A stretch of DNA of 64,000 nucleotides, from the NCBI RefSeq assembly GCF_003334785.1, contig NZ_QOWV01000008.1; one strand, written 5' to 3'. The number at the start of each line of letters is the position of its first letter. Within the stretch, counting starts at the first letter, position 1. The translations under genes were made by a program, and so were the position numbers. Positions 10,636 to 26,528 of the stretch are shown piece after piece. Under the pieces are notes generated by a model. That model saw only the letters and a list, made by a program, of their open reading frames with translations, was not told the DNA's origin and searched no databases. This DNA is from Escherichia coli. Its GTDB lineage: Bacteria > Pseudomonadota > Gammaproteobacteria > Enterobacterales > Enterobacteriaceae.

Positions 10636-12132
10636 ATGGCTCACCCTCATTTATTAGCGGAAAGAATTTCCCGCCTGAGCAGTTCGTTGGAAAAGGGGCT
10701 TTATGAACGTAGCCACGCCATCCGCTTGTGTTTATTAGCGGCATTAAGTGGTGAAAGTGTGTTCCTCCTTGGCCCGCCAGGTATTGCCAAAAGTTTGATC
10801 GCCCGGCGCTTAAAATTCGCCTTTCAGAATGCCCGCGCGTTTGAATATCTGATGACCCGCTTCTCCACGCCGGAAGAAGTTTTTGGTCCCCTTTCTATTC
10901 AGGCGCTAAAAGATGAAGGGCGCTATGAACGTTTAACCAGCGGTTACCTGCCGGAAGCAGAAATTGTCTTTCTGGATGAGATCTGGAAAGCGGGCCCGGC
11001 AATTCTTAATACCTTGCTCACCGCCATTAACGAGCGCCAGTTCCGCAACGGTGCACACGTAGAAAAAATCCCGATGCGTCTGCTGGTGGCGGCCTCCAAC
11101 GAGCTGCCGGAAGCAGACAGCAGTCTGGAAGCGTTATATGACCGCATGCTGATTCGTCTGTGGTTAGATAAAGTGCAGGATAAAGCGAATTTCCGCTCCA
11201 TGCTGACCAGTCAACAGGATGAAAACGACAATCCGGTTCCTGATGCCTTGCAGGTCACAGATGAAGAATATGAACGCTGGCAGAAAGAGATTGGTGAAAT
11301 TACGCTGCCCGATCATGTATTTGAGCTGATTTTTATGCTGCGCCAGCAACTGGATAAATTACCGGATGCGCCTTATGTCTCGGATCGTCGCTGGAAAAAA
11401 GCGATCCGATTATTGCAGGCCAGCGCCTTTTTTAGCGGTCGCAGTGCTGTTGCCCCGGTAGATCTCATTTTGCTGAAAGATTGCCTGTGGTATGACGCGC
11501 AAAGCCTGAATTTGATACAACAACAAATTGATGTATTGATGACCGGTCACGCCTGGCAACAGCAAGGGATGTTGACTCGCCTTGGCGCGATTGTGCAACG
11601 TCACCTGCAACTCCAGCAGCAACAAAGCGATAAAACAGCCTTAACGGTAATTCGTCTGGGCGGCATTTTCAGCCGTCGTCAGCAGTATCAACTTCCTGTT
11701 AACGTTACTGCTTCCACTCTGACTCTACTGCTGCAAAAACCGTTAAAACTGCATGATATGGAAGTGGTTCATATCTCCTTTGAGCGTAGCGCGCTGGAAC
11801 AGTGGCTGAGCAAAGGTGGTGAAATTCGCGGTAAACTGAACGGTATCGGCTTTGCCCAGAAACTGAATCTGGAAGTTGATAGCGCCCAACATCTTGTCGT
11901 TCGCGATGTAAGTTTACAAGGCAGTACGCTGGCACTTCCCGGTTCATCGGCTGAAGGTCTGCCTGGTGAAATAAAACAACAACTGGAAGAGCTTGAAAGC
12001 GACTGGCGCAAGCAACACGCTTTATTCAGCGAACAGCAAAAATGTCTGTTTATCCCTGGCGACTGGTTAGGTCGCATTGAAGCCAGCCTACAGGATGTCG
12101 GTGCACAGATTCGCCAGGCACAACAATGCTAA
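10636..12132 (+). CDS. ravA: MoxR-family AAA+ ATPase RavA
   Basis: ORF 10612..12132; start taken at [12 protein letters not shown] (498 aa); Walker A GPPGIAKS, Walker B VFLDEIWK. Confidence 0.92.
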   Translation: MAHPHLLAERISRLSSSLEKGLYERSHAIRLCLLAALSGESVFLLGPPGIAKSLIARRLKFAFQNARAFEYLMTRFSTPEEVFGPLSIQALKDEGRYERLTSGYLPEAEIVFLDEIWKAGPAILNTLLTAINERQFRNGAHVEKIPMRLLVAASNELPEADSSLEALYDRMLIRLWLDKVQDKANFRSMLTSQQDENDNPVPDALQVTDEEYERWQKEIGEITLPDHVFELIFMLRQQLDKLPDAPYVSDRRWKKAIRLLQASAFFSGRSAVAPVDLILLKDCLWYDAQSLNLIQQQIDVLMTGHAWQQQGMLTRLGAIVQRHLQLQQQQSDKTALTVIRLGGIFSRRQQYQLPVNVTASTLTLLLQKPLKLHDMEVVHISFERSALEQWLSKGGEIRGKLNGIGFAQKLNLEVDSAQHLVVRDVSLQGSTLALPGSSAEGLPGEIKQQLEELESDWRKQHALFSEQQKCLFIPGDWLGRIEASLQDVGAQIRQAQQC

Positions 12133-13577
12133 CGCTGGATACGCTTAATGTGATGCTGGCCGTCAGCGAAGAGGGATTGATCGAAGAGATGATCATCGCA
12201 CTGCTGGCCTCACCGCAGCTGGCGGTCTTCTTTGAAAAATTCCCACGCCTGAAGGCGGCAATCACTGATGATGTTCCCCGCTGGCGTGAAGCGCTGCGCA
12301 GTCGGCTGAAAGATGCCCGAGTCCCGCCGGAACTCACCGAAGAGGTGATGTGCTATCAGCAAAGCCAGCTCCTCTCCACGCCACAGTTTATTGTGCAGCT
12401 ACCACAGATCCTGGACTTACTGCATCGTCTGAATTCTCCATGGGCAGAACAAGCCCGACAGTTGGTTGATGCTAACAGCACGATCACTTCAGCGTTACAC
12501 ACGCTTTTTCTCCAGCGTTGGCGTTTAAGTCTGATCGTGCAAGCAACGACGTTAAATCAACAGCTATTAGAAGAAGAACGCGAACAACTGTTGAGTGAAG
12601 TTCAGGAACGCATGACGCTGAGCGGACAACTTGAACCGATTCTCGCAGATAACAATACTGCAGCTGGTCGTCTGTGGGATATGAGCGCCGGTCAGCTTAA
12701 ACGTGGCGACTATCAGTTGATTGTGAAATACGGTGAATTTCTTAACGAACATCCGGAACTGAAACGCCTGGCAGAGCAGCTGGGGCGTTCTCGGGAAGCC
12801 AAATCAATACCGCGCAACGATGCGCAGATGGAAACCTTCCGCACCATGGTGCGCGAACCGGCGACGGTTCCTGAGCAGGTTGATGGTCTGCAACAAAGCG
12901 ATGATATTTTACGTCTCCTGCCGCCAGAACTGGCGACACTAGGGATAACGGAACTGGAGTATGAGTTTTACCGTCGGCTGGTGGAAAAACAGTTGCTCAC
13001 CTATCGCCTGCACGGTGAGTCGTGGCGTGAAAAAGTGATCGAACGTCCGGTGGTACATAAAGATTACGATGAACAGCCGCGCGGGCCGTTTATTGTCTGT
13101 GTGGATACTTCCGGCTCAATGGGCGGCTTTAATGAACAGTGTGCGAAAGCGTTCTGCCTGGCCTTGATGCGCATTGCTCTCGCAGAAAACCGGCGCTGCT
13201 ATATTATGCTATTTTCCACCGAGATCGTCCGTTATGAGCTTTCAGGCCCACAAGGCATCGAACAAGCAATCCGTTTTTTAAGCCAGCAGTTTCGTGGCGG
13301 CACCGATCTTGCCAGTTGTTTTCGCGCCATTATGGAACGCTTGCAAAGCAGGGAATGGTTTGATGCCGATGCGGTGGTGATTTCTGATTTTATCGCTCAG
13401 CGGTTGCCTGACGACGTGACGAGTAAAGTGAAAGAGCTGCAGCGGGTACATCAGCATCGCTTTCATGCCGTGGCGATGTCGGCACACGGCAAACCCGGCA
13501 TCATGCGCATTTTCGATCATATCTGGCGCTTTGATACCGGGATGCGAAGCCGCCTGCTCAGACGCTGGCGGCGATAA
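12126..13577 (+). CDS. viaA: von Willebrand factor A-domain protein ViaA (RavA partner)
   Basis: 483-aa ORF; MIDAS motif in [11 protein letters not shown]; start overlaps ravA stop by 7 nt. Confidence 0.92.
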   Translation: MLTLDTLNVMLAVSEEGLIEEMIIALLASPQLAVFFEKFPRLKAAITDDVPRWREALRSRLKDARVPPELTEEVMCYQQSQLLSTPQFIVQLPQILDLLHRLNSPWAEQARQLVDANSTITSALHTLFLQRWRLSLIVQATTLNQQLLEEEREQLLSEVQERMTLSGQLEPILADNNTAAGRLWDMSAGQLKRGDYQLIVKYGEFLNEHPELKRLAEQLGRSREAKSIPRNDAQMETFRTMVREPATVPEQVDGLQQSDDILRLLPPELATLGITELEYEFYRRLVEKQLLTYRLHGESWREKVIERPVVHKDYDEQPRGPFIVCVDTSGSMGGFNEQCAKAFCLALMRIALAENRRCYIMLFSTEIVRYELSGPQGIEQAIRFLSQQFRGGTDLASCFRAIMERLQSREWFDADAVVISDFIAQRLPDDVTSKVKELQRVHQHRFHAVAMSAHGKPGIMRIFDHIWRFDTGMRSRLLRRWRR

Positions 13578-13581
13578 ATTA

Positions 13582-14574
13582 TTACAGCAGAGAAGGGACG
13601 CTCTCGCGAACAGCAGCTGGCCATACTCCACACTGAACCTGGCCGATATGCGGCAGTTGCAGCAGCAGCATAGTCAAACGAGACTGGCCGATACCGCCGC
13701 CGATGGTCTGCGGCATTTCACCGCGCAGCAGCGCCTGATGCCACTCCAGCTCCAGGCGATCTTCGTCACCGGTCAGCGCCAGTTGATGCTTCAGCGTGTC
13801 GGCATCTACACGGATCCCCATGGAGGAAAGCTCAAACGCATCTTCCAGTACCGGGTTCCACACCAGAATATCGCCGTTCAGACCCGCATGGCCCAGCTCT
13901 GACGGGGTGCTCCAGTCATCATAATCCGGTGCGCGCACGTCGTGGCGATGACCATCGCTCAGCTTGCCGCCAATCCCGACAAGGAATACCGCGCCAAGAT
14001 CTTTCGCTATCGCCCGCTCACGCCCTTTGGCATCAAGATCCGGATAACGAGACAGTAACTCCTGGCTGTGTACGAAGTGGATCTGATCCGGCAGGAACGG
14101 TGCCAGGCCAAACTCTTCGCTAACCGCAGCTTCGGTTGCTTTAATTCCCGCCCAGATCGCCTCTACCGTGCTTTTCAGAGTCGAGAATTGACGCTCACCG
14201 TCGCCCATTACGCGTTCCCAGTCCCACTGGTCAACATAGACCGAGTGCAACGGAGAAAGACGGTCTTCATCGGGGCGAAGGGCTTTCATGTGCGTGTACA
14301 GCCCTTCGCCCGCGCTGAAGTCGTGTTGCCCTAAGGTCTGACGTTTCCACTTCGCCAGTGAATGAACCACTTCGAACTGGGCATCAGGCAGAGCTTTCAC
14401 TTTTACCTGCACCGCTTTTTCACAGCCCGACAAGTTATCCTGCGTGCCATCCCCCACACGGCTAAGAATCGGCGCCTGGACTTCGATCAGCCCCAGACGT
14501 TCTTCCAGTTGACGAGAAAAGTGAGATTTCACGAAGCTAATTTGACGTTGTTTGGCAATGTAAGCGGTTTTCAT
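13582..14574 (-). CDS. asnA: aspartate--ammonia ligase (asparagine synthetase A)
   Basis: 330-aa [22 protein letters not shown]...; class II aaRS-like fold; synteny with divergent asnC. Confidence 0.95.
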
Positions 14575-14725
14575 TTTTTATACTCCTGCGTCCTGTTGCT
14601 TATGATTAAGCAACAAAAACCGACACACATGCAATAATCATTCAATAAAAAGCCTAACTCACTTTTGATTCATTAAAAAAGAAGGCTAAAATAGAATGAA
14701 TCATCAATCCGCATAAGAAAATCCT

Positions 14726-15184
14726 ATGGAAAATTATCTGATCGACAATCTGGACCGTGGCATCCTGGAAGCATTAATGGGCAATGCGCGCACCGCTTAC
14801 GCCGAACTGGCGAAACAATTTGGCGTCAGTCCGGGGACGATTCACGTTCGAGTAGAGAAAATGAAGCAGGCGGGGATCATTACCGGGGCGCGTATTGATG
14901 TCAGCCCGAAGCAGCTCGGTTATGACGTAGGCTGCTTTATCGGCATTATATTAAAGAGCGCCAAAGACTACCCTTCCGCGCTGGCAAAGCTGGAAAGCCT
15001 TGATGAAGTCACTGAAGCCTATTACACAACCGGCCACTACAGCATCTTTATAAAAGTGATGTGCCGTTCGATCGACGCTCTCCAGCATGTACTTATCAAC
15101 AAGATCCAAACAATTGATGAAATTCAGTCCACCGAGACATTGATCGTCCTGCAAAACCCGATCATGCGTACCATCAAGCCCTGA
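14726..15184 (+). CDS. asnC: Lrp/AsnC-family transcriptional regulator AsnC
   Basis: 152-aa ORF with N-terminal HTH and RAM domain; divergent from asnA. Confidence 0.95.
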   Translation: MENYLIDNLDRGILEALMGNARTAYAELAKQFGVSPGTIHVRVEKMKQAGIITGARIDVSPKQLGYDVGCFIGIILKSAKDYPSALAKLESLDEVTEAYYTTGHYSIFIKVMCRSIDALQHVLINKIQTIDEIQSTETLIVLQNPIMRTIKP

Positions 15185-15273
15185 TCGGCTTTTTTAATCC
15201 CATACTTTTCCACAGGTAGATCCCAACGCGTTCACAGCGTACAATACGCCACTCTTAATAAAGGTGGCGGTTT

Positions 15274-15717
15274 ATGGCAGATATCACTCTTATCAGCGGC
15301 AGCACCCTCGGCGGTGCCGAATATGTAGCAGAACACCTGGCTGAAAAGCTGGAAGAGGCGGGTTTTACCACCGAAACGCTGCACGGTCCGCTGTTAGAAG
15401 ATTTACCTGCCTCAGGGATCTGGCTGGTTATCAGCTCCACCCACGGTGCCGGAGATATTCCGGACAACCTTTCTCCTTTCTATGAAGCATTGCAGGAACA
15501 GAAGCCCGATCTTTCTGCAGTCCGCTTTGGCGCAATCGGTATTGGCAGTCGTGAATATGACACCTTTTGTGGGGCTATCGATAAACTCGAGGCAGAACTC
15601 AAAAATTCCGGTGCAAAACAGACAGGCGAAACACTGAAGATCAACATTCTTGATCACGACATTCCGGAAGATCCGGCAGAAGAATGGCTGGGATCGTGGG
15701 TTAATTTACTCAAATAA
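15274..15717 (+). CDS. mioC: flavodoxin-like FMN-binding protein MioC
   Basis: 147-aa ORF MADITLISGSTLGGAEYVAEHLA...; immediately flanks oriC. Confidence 0.95.
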   Translation: MADITLISGSTLGGAEYVAEHLAEKLEEAGFTTETLHGPLLEDLPASGIWLVISSTHGAGDIPDNLSPFYEALQEQKPDLSAVRFGAIGIGSREYDTFCGAIDKLEAELKNSGAKQTGETLKINILDHDIPEDPAEEWLGSWVNLLK

Positions 15718-15734
15718 GTATACAGATCGTGCGA

Positions 15735-16010
15735 TCTACTGTGGATAACTCTGTCAGGAAGCTTGGATCAACCGGTAGTTATCCAAAGAACAACTGTTGT
15801 TCAGTTTTTGAGTTGTGTATAACCCCTCATTCTGATCCCAGCTTATACGGTCCAGGATCACCGATCATTCACAGTTAATGATCCTTTCCAGGTTGTTGAT
15901 CTTAAAAGCCGGATCCTTGTTATCCACAGGGCAGTGCGATCCTAATAAGAGATCACAATAGAACAGATCTCTAAATAAATAGATCTTCTTTTTAATACCC
16001 AGGATCCCAG
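15735..16010. other. oriC: chromosomal replication origin oriC
   Basis: DnaA boxes R4 tgtggataa (15740..15748), R3 ttatccaaa (15779..15787), R2 tgtgtataa (15814..15822), R1 ttatccaca (15920..15928). Three AT-rich 13-mers as reverse complements of GATCTnTTnTTTT (15942..15954, 15957..15969, 15973..15985) and an AT cluster (15986..15998). 14 GATC sites between 15725 and 16006. Sequence matches canonical E. coli oriC in reverse orientation. Confidence 0.97.
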
Positions 16011-16095
16011 GTCTTTCTCAAGCCGACAAAGTTGAGTAGAATCCACGGCCCGGGCTTCAATCCATTTTCATACCGCGTTATGCGAGGCAATCACC

Positions 16096-17985
16096 ATGTT
16101 TTATCCGGATCCTTTTGACGTCATCATCATTGGCGGGGGTCATGCAGGCACCGAGGCCGCGATGGCCGCGGCGCGTATGGGTCAACAGACTCTGCTTTTG
16201 ACACACAATATCGACACTCTGGGGCAGATGAGCTGCAACCCGGCGATCGGCGGTATTGGGAAGGGACATCTGGTAAAAGAAGTGGATGCACTCGGCGGTC
16301 TGATGGCGAAAGCGATCGATCAGGCGGGTATCCAGTTTAGGATACTAAACGCAAGCAAAGGACCGGCGGTTCGCGCTACCCGAGCTCAGGCGGATCGTGT
16401 GCTCTACCGTCAGGCGGTACGTACGGCGCTGGAGAACCAACCGAACCTGATGATCTTCCAGCAGGCGGTTGAAGATCTTATTGTCGAAAACGATCGCGTG
16501 GTCGGTGCTGTTACCCAAATGGGACTGAAGTTCCGTGCCAAAGCCGTCGTGCTCACCGTTGGGACGTTCCTCGACGGTAAAATTCATATCGGTCTGGATA
16601 ATTACAGCGGTGGCCGTGCTGGTGATCCGCCGTCCATTCCGCTTTCTCGCCGTTTGCGTGAACTGCCGCTGCGCGTTGGTCGTCTGAAAACCGGGACACC
16701 ACCGCGTATTGATGCTCGAACCATCGACTTTAGCGTACTGGCGCAACAGCATGGCGATAACCCAATGCCGGTATTCTCGTTTATGGGCAATGCGTCCCAG
16801 CATCCCCAGCAGGTGCCGTGTTATATCACTCATACCAACGAGAAAACCCATGATGTGATCCGCAGTAACCTCGATCGTAGCCCAATGTACGCAGGGGTGA
16901 TCGAAGGTGTCGGCCCACGCTACTGCCCGTCGATCGAAGACAAAGTCATGCGCTTCGCCGACAGAAATCAGCATCAGATCTTCCTTGAACCGGAAGGACT
17001 GACCTCTAATGAAATTTATCCGAACGGTATCTCCACCAGCCTGCCGTTCGATGTGCAGATGCAAATCGTCCGCTCTATGCAGGGGATGGAAAACGCGAAG
17101 ATCGTGCGTCCGGGTTATGCCATTGAGTATGACTTCTTCGATCCTCGCGACCTGAAACCGACGCTGGAGAGCAAGTTTATCCAGGGGCTGTTCTTTGCTG
17201 GTCAGATTAACGGCACTACCGGTTACGAAGAAGCCGCTGCGCAAGGTTTGCTGGCCGGTCTTAACGCTGCCCGTCTGTCTGCTGACAAAGAAGGTTGGGC
17301 TCCGGCACGTTCTCAGGCGTATCTCGGCGTACTAGTTGATGACCTGTGCACTTTAGGAACCAAAGAACCGTATCGTATGTTTACTTCGCGCGCAGAATAT
17401 CGTCTGATGCTACGCGAAGATAATGCGGATCTGCGTTTGACTGAAATCGGTCGTGAACTGGGCCTGGTGGATGACGAACGTTGGGCGCGCTTTAACGAGA
17501 AACTTGAGAATATCGAGCGTGAGCGTCAGCGTCTGAAATCGACCTGGGTAACCCCGTCGGCGGAAGCTGCAGCCGAAGTGAATGCTCACCTGACTGCGCC
17601 GCTTTCCCGTGAAGCCAGTGGTGAAGATCTGCTGCGTCGTCCGGAAATGACTTATGAAAAATTAACCACGCTGACGCCGTTTGCCCCTGCGTTGACAGAC
17701 GAACAGGCGGCGGAACAGGTTGAGATTCAGGTTAAATACGAAGGTTATATCGCGCGCCAGCAAGATGAGATCGAAAAGCAGCTGCGTAACGAGAACACCC
17801 TGCTACCCGCGACACTGGATTACCGCCAGGTATCCGGTCTTTCTAACGAAGTGATCGCCAAACTTAACGATCACAAACCAGCCTCTATCGGCCAAGCTTC
17901 GCGTATTTCTGGCGTCACGCCTGCGGCCATCTCCATTCTGCTGGTGTGGCTGAAAAAACAGGGTATGCTGCGTCGTAGCGCATAA
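16096..17985 (+). CDS. mnmG: tRNA uridine 5-carboxymethylaminomethyl modification enzyme MnmG (GidA)
   Basis: 629-aa ORF; FAD-binding [10 protein letters not shown] motif. Confidence 0.96.
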
Positions 17986-18048
17986 CGCATTAAAAATGCC
18001 TGGTAAGCACCCGCTTACCAGGCAACGCATCAAGAACAGGTAATCACC

Positions 18049-18672
18049 GTGCTCAACAAACTCTCCTTACTGCTGAAAGACGCAGGTATTTCGCTTACCG
18101 ATCACCAGAAAAACCAGCTTATTGCCTACGTGAATATGCTGCATAAATGGAACAAAGCGTACAACCTGACTTCGGTCCGCGATCCTAATGAGATGCTGGT
18201 ACGCCATATTCTCGATAGCATTGTGGTGGCACCGTATCTGCAAGGTGAACGGTTTATCGATGTCGGCACCGGACCAGGACTGCCAGGCATTCCACTCTCT
18301 ATCGTGCGTCCTGAAGCCCATTTCACTCTGTTGGATAGCCTTGGTAAACGCGTGCGTTTCCTTCGTCAGGTGCAACATGAGCTTAAACTGGAGAATATTG
18401 AACCAGTACAGAGCAGGGTAGAAGAGTTTCCTTCAGAGCCGCCATTTGATGGCGTAATTAGCCGCGCTTTTGCCTCTCTGAACGATATGGTGAGCTGGTG
18501 CCACCATCTTCCTGGTGAGCAAGGCCGTTTCTACGCGCTGAAAGGGCAAATGCCGGAAGATGAAATCGCTTTGTTGCCCGAAGAATATCAGGTCGAATCA
18601 GTGGTTAAACTTCAGGTTCCAGCCCTGGATGGCGAACGTCATCTGGTGGTGATTAAAGCAAATAAAATTTAA
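18049..18672 (+). CDS. rsmG: 16S rRNA m7G527 methyltransferase RsmG (GidB)
   Basis: 207-aa ORF; SAM-binding [10 protein letters not shown] motif. Confidence 0.95.
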
Positions 18673-19276
18673 TTTTTATCAAAAAAATCATAAAAAATTG
18701 ACCGGTTAGACTGTTAACAACAACCAGGTTTTCTACTGATATAACTGGTTACATTTAACGCCACGTTCACTCTTTTGCATCAACAAGATAACGTGGCTTT
18801 TTTTGGTAAGCAGAAAATAAGTCATTAGTGAAAATATCAGTCTGCTAAAAATCGGCGCTAAGAACCATCATTGGCTGTTAAAACATTATTAAAAATGTCA
18901 ATGGGTGGTTTTTGTTGTGTAAATGTCATTTATTAAAACAGTATCTGTTTTTAGACTGAAATATCATAAACTTGCAAAGGCATCATTTGCCAAGTAAATA
19001 AATATGCTGTGCGCGAACATGCGCAATATGTGATCTGAAGCACGCTTTATCACCAGTGTTTACGCGTTATTTACAGTTTTTCATGATCGAACAGGGTTAG
19101 CAGAAAAGTCGCAATTGTATGCACTGGAAAAATATTTAAACATTTATTCACCTTTTGGCTACTTATTGTTTGAAATCACGGGGGCGCACCGTATAATTTG
19201 ACCGCTTTTTGATGCTTGACTCTAAGCCTTAAAGAAAGTTTTATACGACACGCGGCATACCTCGAAGGGAGCAGGA
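18673..19276 (+). promoter_or_regulatory. long AT-rich leader/promoter region upstream of atp operon
   Basis: About 600 bp non-coding AT-rich DNA between rsmG and atpI; the main atp promoter is known to lie upstream of atpI. Exact -35/-10 not assigned. Confidence 0.5.
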
Positions 19277-19288
19277 GTGAAAAACGTG

Positions 19289-20493
<1,205 letters not shown>

Positions 20494-20521
20494 TTTACCA
20501 ACACTACTACGTTTTAACTGA

Positions 20522-20796
<275 letters not shown>

Positions 20797-20840
20797 TAAA
20801 GAGCAATATCAGAACGTTAACTAAATAGAGGCATTGTGCT

Positions 20841-21311
20841 GTGAATCTTAACGCAACAATCCTCGGCCAGGCCATCGCGTTTGTCCTGTTCGTTCTGTTC
20901 TGCATGAAGTACGTATGGCCGCCATTAATGGCAGCCATCGAAAAACGTCAAAAAGAAATTGCTGACGGCCTTGCTTCCGCAGAACGAGCACATAAGGACC
21001 TTGACCTTGCAAAGGCCAGCGCGACCGACCAGCTGAAAAAAGCGAAAGCGGAAGCCCAGGTAATCATCGAGCAGGCGAACAAACGCCGCTCGCAGATTCT
21101 GGACGAAGCGAAAGCTGAGGCAGAACAGGAACGTACTAAAATCGTGGCCCAGGCGCAGGCGGAAATTGAAGCCGAGCGTAAACGTGCCCGTGAAGAGCTG
21201 CGTAAGCAAGTTGCTATCCTGGCTGTTGCTGGCGCCGAGAAGATCATCGAACGTTCCGTGGATGAAGCTGCTAACAGCGACATCGTGGATAAACTTGTCG
21301 CTGAACTGTAA
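20841..21311 (+). CDS. atpF: F0F1 ATP synthase subunit b
   Basis: 156-aa ORF, GTG start, single N-terminal TMS then charged coiled-coil. Confidence 0.96.
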
Positions 21312-21325
21312 GGAGGGAGGGGCTG

Positions 21326-21859
21326 ATGTCTGAATTTATTACGGTAGCTCGCCCCTACGCCAAAGCAGCTTTTGACTTTGCCGTCGAACACCAAAGTGTA
21401 GAACGCTGGCAGGACATGCTGGCGTTTGCCGCCGAGGTAACCAAAAACGAACAAATGGCAGAGCTTCTCTCTGGCGCGCTTGCGCCAGAAACGCTCGCCG
21501 AGTCGTTTATCGCAGTTTGTGGTGAGCAACTGGACGAAAACGGTCAGAACCTGATTCGGGTTATGGCTGAAAATGGTCGTCTTAACGCGCTCCCGGATGT
21601 TCTGGAGCAGTTTATTCACCTGCGTGCCGTGAGTGAGGCTACCGCTGAGGTAGACGTCATTTCCGCTGCCGCACTGAGTGAACAACAGCTCGCGAAAATT
21701 TCTGCTGCGATGGAAAAACGTCTGTCACGCAAAGTTAAGCTGAATTGCAAAATCGATAAGTCTGTAATGGCAGGCGTTATCATCCGAGCGGGTGATATGG
21801 TCATTGATGGCAGCGTACGCGGTCGTCTTGAGCGCCTTGCAGACGTCTTGCAGTCTTAA
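21326..21859 (+). CDS. atpH: F0F1 ATP synthase subunit delta
   Basis: 177-aa ORF; operon position. Confidence 0.96.
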
Positions 21860-21871
21860 GGGGACTGGAGC

Positions 21872-23413
21872 ATGCAACTGAATTCCACCGAAATCAGCGA
21901 ACTGATCAAGCAGCGCATTGCTCAGTTCAATGTTGTGAGTGAAGCTCACAACGAAGGTACTATTGTTTCTGTAAGTGACGGTGTTATCCGCATTCACGGC
22001 CTGGCCGATTGTATGCAGGGTGAAATGATCTCCCTGCCGGGTAACCGTTACGCTATCGCACTGAACCTCGAGCGCGACTCTGTAGGTGCGGTTGTTATGG
22101 GTCCGTACGCTGACCTTGCCGAAGGCATGAAAGTTAAGTGTACTGGCCGTATCCTGGAAGTTCCGGTTGGCCGTGGCCTGCTGGGCCGTGTGGTTAACAC
22201 TCTGGGTGCACCAATCGACGGTAAAGGTCCGCTGGATCACGACGGCTTCTCTGCTGTAGAAGCAATCGCTCCGGGCGTTATCGAACGTCAGTCCGTAGAT
22301 CAGCCGGTACAGACCGGTTATAAAGCCGTTGACTCCATGATCCCAATCGGTCGTGGTCAGCGTGAATTGATCATCGGTGACCGTCAGACAGGTAAAACCG
22401 CACTGGCTATCGATGCCATCATCAACCAGCGCGATTCCGGTATCAAATGTATCTATGTCGCTATCGGCCAGAAAGCGTCCACCATTTCTAACGTGGTACG
22501 TAAACTGGAAGAGCACGGCGCACTGGCTAACACCATCGTTGTGGTAGCAACCGCGTCTGAATCCGCTGCACTGCAATACCTGGCACCGTATGCCGGTTGC
22601 GCAATGGGCGAATACTTCCGTGACCGCGGTGAAGATGCGCTGATCATTTACGATGACCTGTCTAAACAGGCTGTTGCTTACCGTCAGATCTCCCTGCTGC
22701 TCCGTCGTCCGCCAGGACGTGAAGCATTCCCGGGCGACGTTTTCTACCTCCACTCTCGTCTGCTGGAGCGTGCTGCACGTGTTAACGCCGAATACGTTGA
22801 AGCCTTCACCAAAGGTGAAGTGAAAGGGAAAACCGGTTCTCTGACCGCACTGCCGATTATCGAAACTCAGGCGGGTGACGTTTCTGCGTTCGTTCCGACC
22901 AACGTAATCTCCATTACCGATGGTCAGATCTTCCTGGAAACCAACCTGTTCAACGCCGGTATTCGTCCTGCGGTTAACCCGGGTATTTCCGTATCCCGTG
23001 TTGGTGGTGCAGCACAGACCAAGATCATGAAAAAACTGTCCGGTGGTATCCGTACCGCTCTGGCACAGTATCGTGAACTGGCAGCGTTCTCTCAGTTTGC
23101 ATCCGACCTTGACGATGCAACACGTAAGCAGCTTGACCACGGTCAGAAAGTGACCGAACTGCTGAAACAGAAACAGTATGCGCCGATGTCCGTTGCGCAG
23201 CAGTCTCTGGTTCTGTTCGCAGCAGAACGTGGTTACCTGGCGGATGTTGAACTGTCGAAAATTGGCAGCTTCGAAGCCGCTCTGCTGGCTTACGTCGACC
23301 GTGATCACGCTCCGTTGATGCAAGAGATCAACCAGACCGGTGGCTACAACGACGAAATCGAAGGCAAGCTGAAAGGCATCCTCGATTCCTTCAAAGCAAC
23401 CCAATCCTGGTAA
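21872..23413 (+). CDS. atpA: F0F1 ATP synthase subunit alpha
   Basis: 513-aa ORF; Walker A GDRQTGKT. Confidence 0.97.
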
Positions 23414-23463
23414 CGTCTGGCGGCTTGCCTTAGGGCAGGCCGCAAGGCATTGAGGAGAAGCTC

Positions 23464-25736
<2,273 letters not shown>

Positions 25737-25756
25737 CGCCTTAATCGGAGGGTGAT

Positions 25757-26176
25757 ATGGCAATGACTTACCACCTGGACGTCGTCAGCGCAGAGCAACA
25801 AATGTTCTCTGGTCTGGTCGAGAAAATCCAGGTAACGGGTAGCGAAGGTGAACTGGGGATCTACCCTGGCCACGCACCGCTGCTCACCGCCATTAAGCCT
25901 GGTATGATTCGCATCGTGAAACAGCACGGTCACGAAGAGTTTATCTATCTGTCTGGCGGCATTCTTGAAGTGCAGCCTGGCAACGTGACCGTTCTGGCCG
26001 ACACCGCAATTCGCGGCCAGGATCTCGACGAAGCGCGAGCCATGGAAGCGAAACGTAAGGCTGAAGAGCACATTAGCAGCTCTCACGGCGACGTAGATTA
26101 CGCTCAGGCGTCTGCGGAACTGGCCAAAGCGATCGCGCAGCTGCGCGTTATCGAGTTGACCAAAAAAGCGATGTAA
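25757..26176 (+). CDS. atpC: F0F1 ATP synthase subunit epsilon
   Basis: 139-aa ORF; last gene of operon. Confidence 0.96.
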
Positions 26177-26197
26177 CACCGGCTTGAAAAGCACAAA

Positions 26198-26228
26198 AGC
26201 CAGTCTGGAAACAGGCTGGCTTTTTTTT
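26198..26228 (+). terminator. intrinsic terminator of atp operon
   Basis: GC-rich hairpin (gccagtctgg / aggctggc) followed by T8 at 26221..26228. Confidence 0.8.
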
Positions 26229-26528
26229 GCGCGTGTGACCCGTCCTGAATAGCGTTCACATAGATCCTGCTGATATAAAACCCCCCTGTTTTCCTGTTTA
26301 TTCATTGATCGAAATAAGAGCAAAAACATCCACCTGACGCTTAAATTAAGGTACTGCCTTAATTTTCTGCAGACAAAAGGCGTGACGATGGTCGAAAATG
26401 GCGCTTTCGTCAGCGGGGATAATCCGTTATTGAACAATTTATCCTCTGTCCATTTCACGATGAAAAAAATGTAGTTTTTTCAAGGTGAAGCGGTTTAAAT
26501 TCGTTCTCAAATTACAGTCAGGACGCGT

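Noticed and set aside
10417-10650. 77-aa minus-strand ORF in kup-ravA intergenic region
   Set aside because: Overlaps the ravA start and divergent promoter region; no RBS; likely spurious.
16345-17244. 299-aa minus-strand ORF inside mnmG
   Set aside because: Antisense to mnmG; no independent support.
20948-21685. 245-aa minus-strand ORF overlapping atpF/atpH
   Set aside because: Same antisense artefact; Ser/Ala/Arg-rich low-complexity product.
21725-23404. 559-aa ORF on the minus strand fully overlapping atpA
   Set aside because: Antisense to a highly expressed, codon-biased gene; translation is low-complexity (Cys/Thr/Val/Asn/Gln/Arg/Phe-rich) with no recognisable domains. Typical stop-codon-depleted reverse frame.
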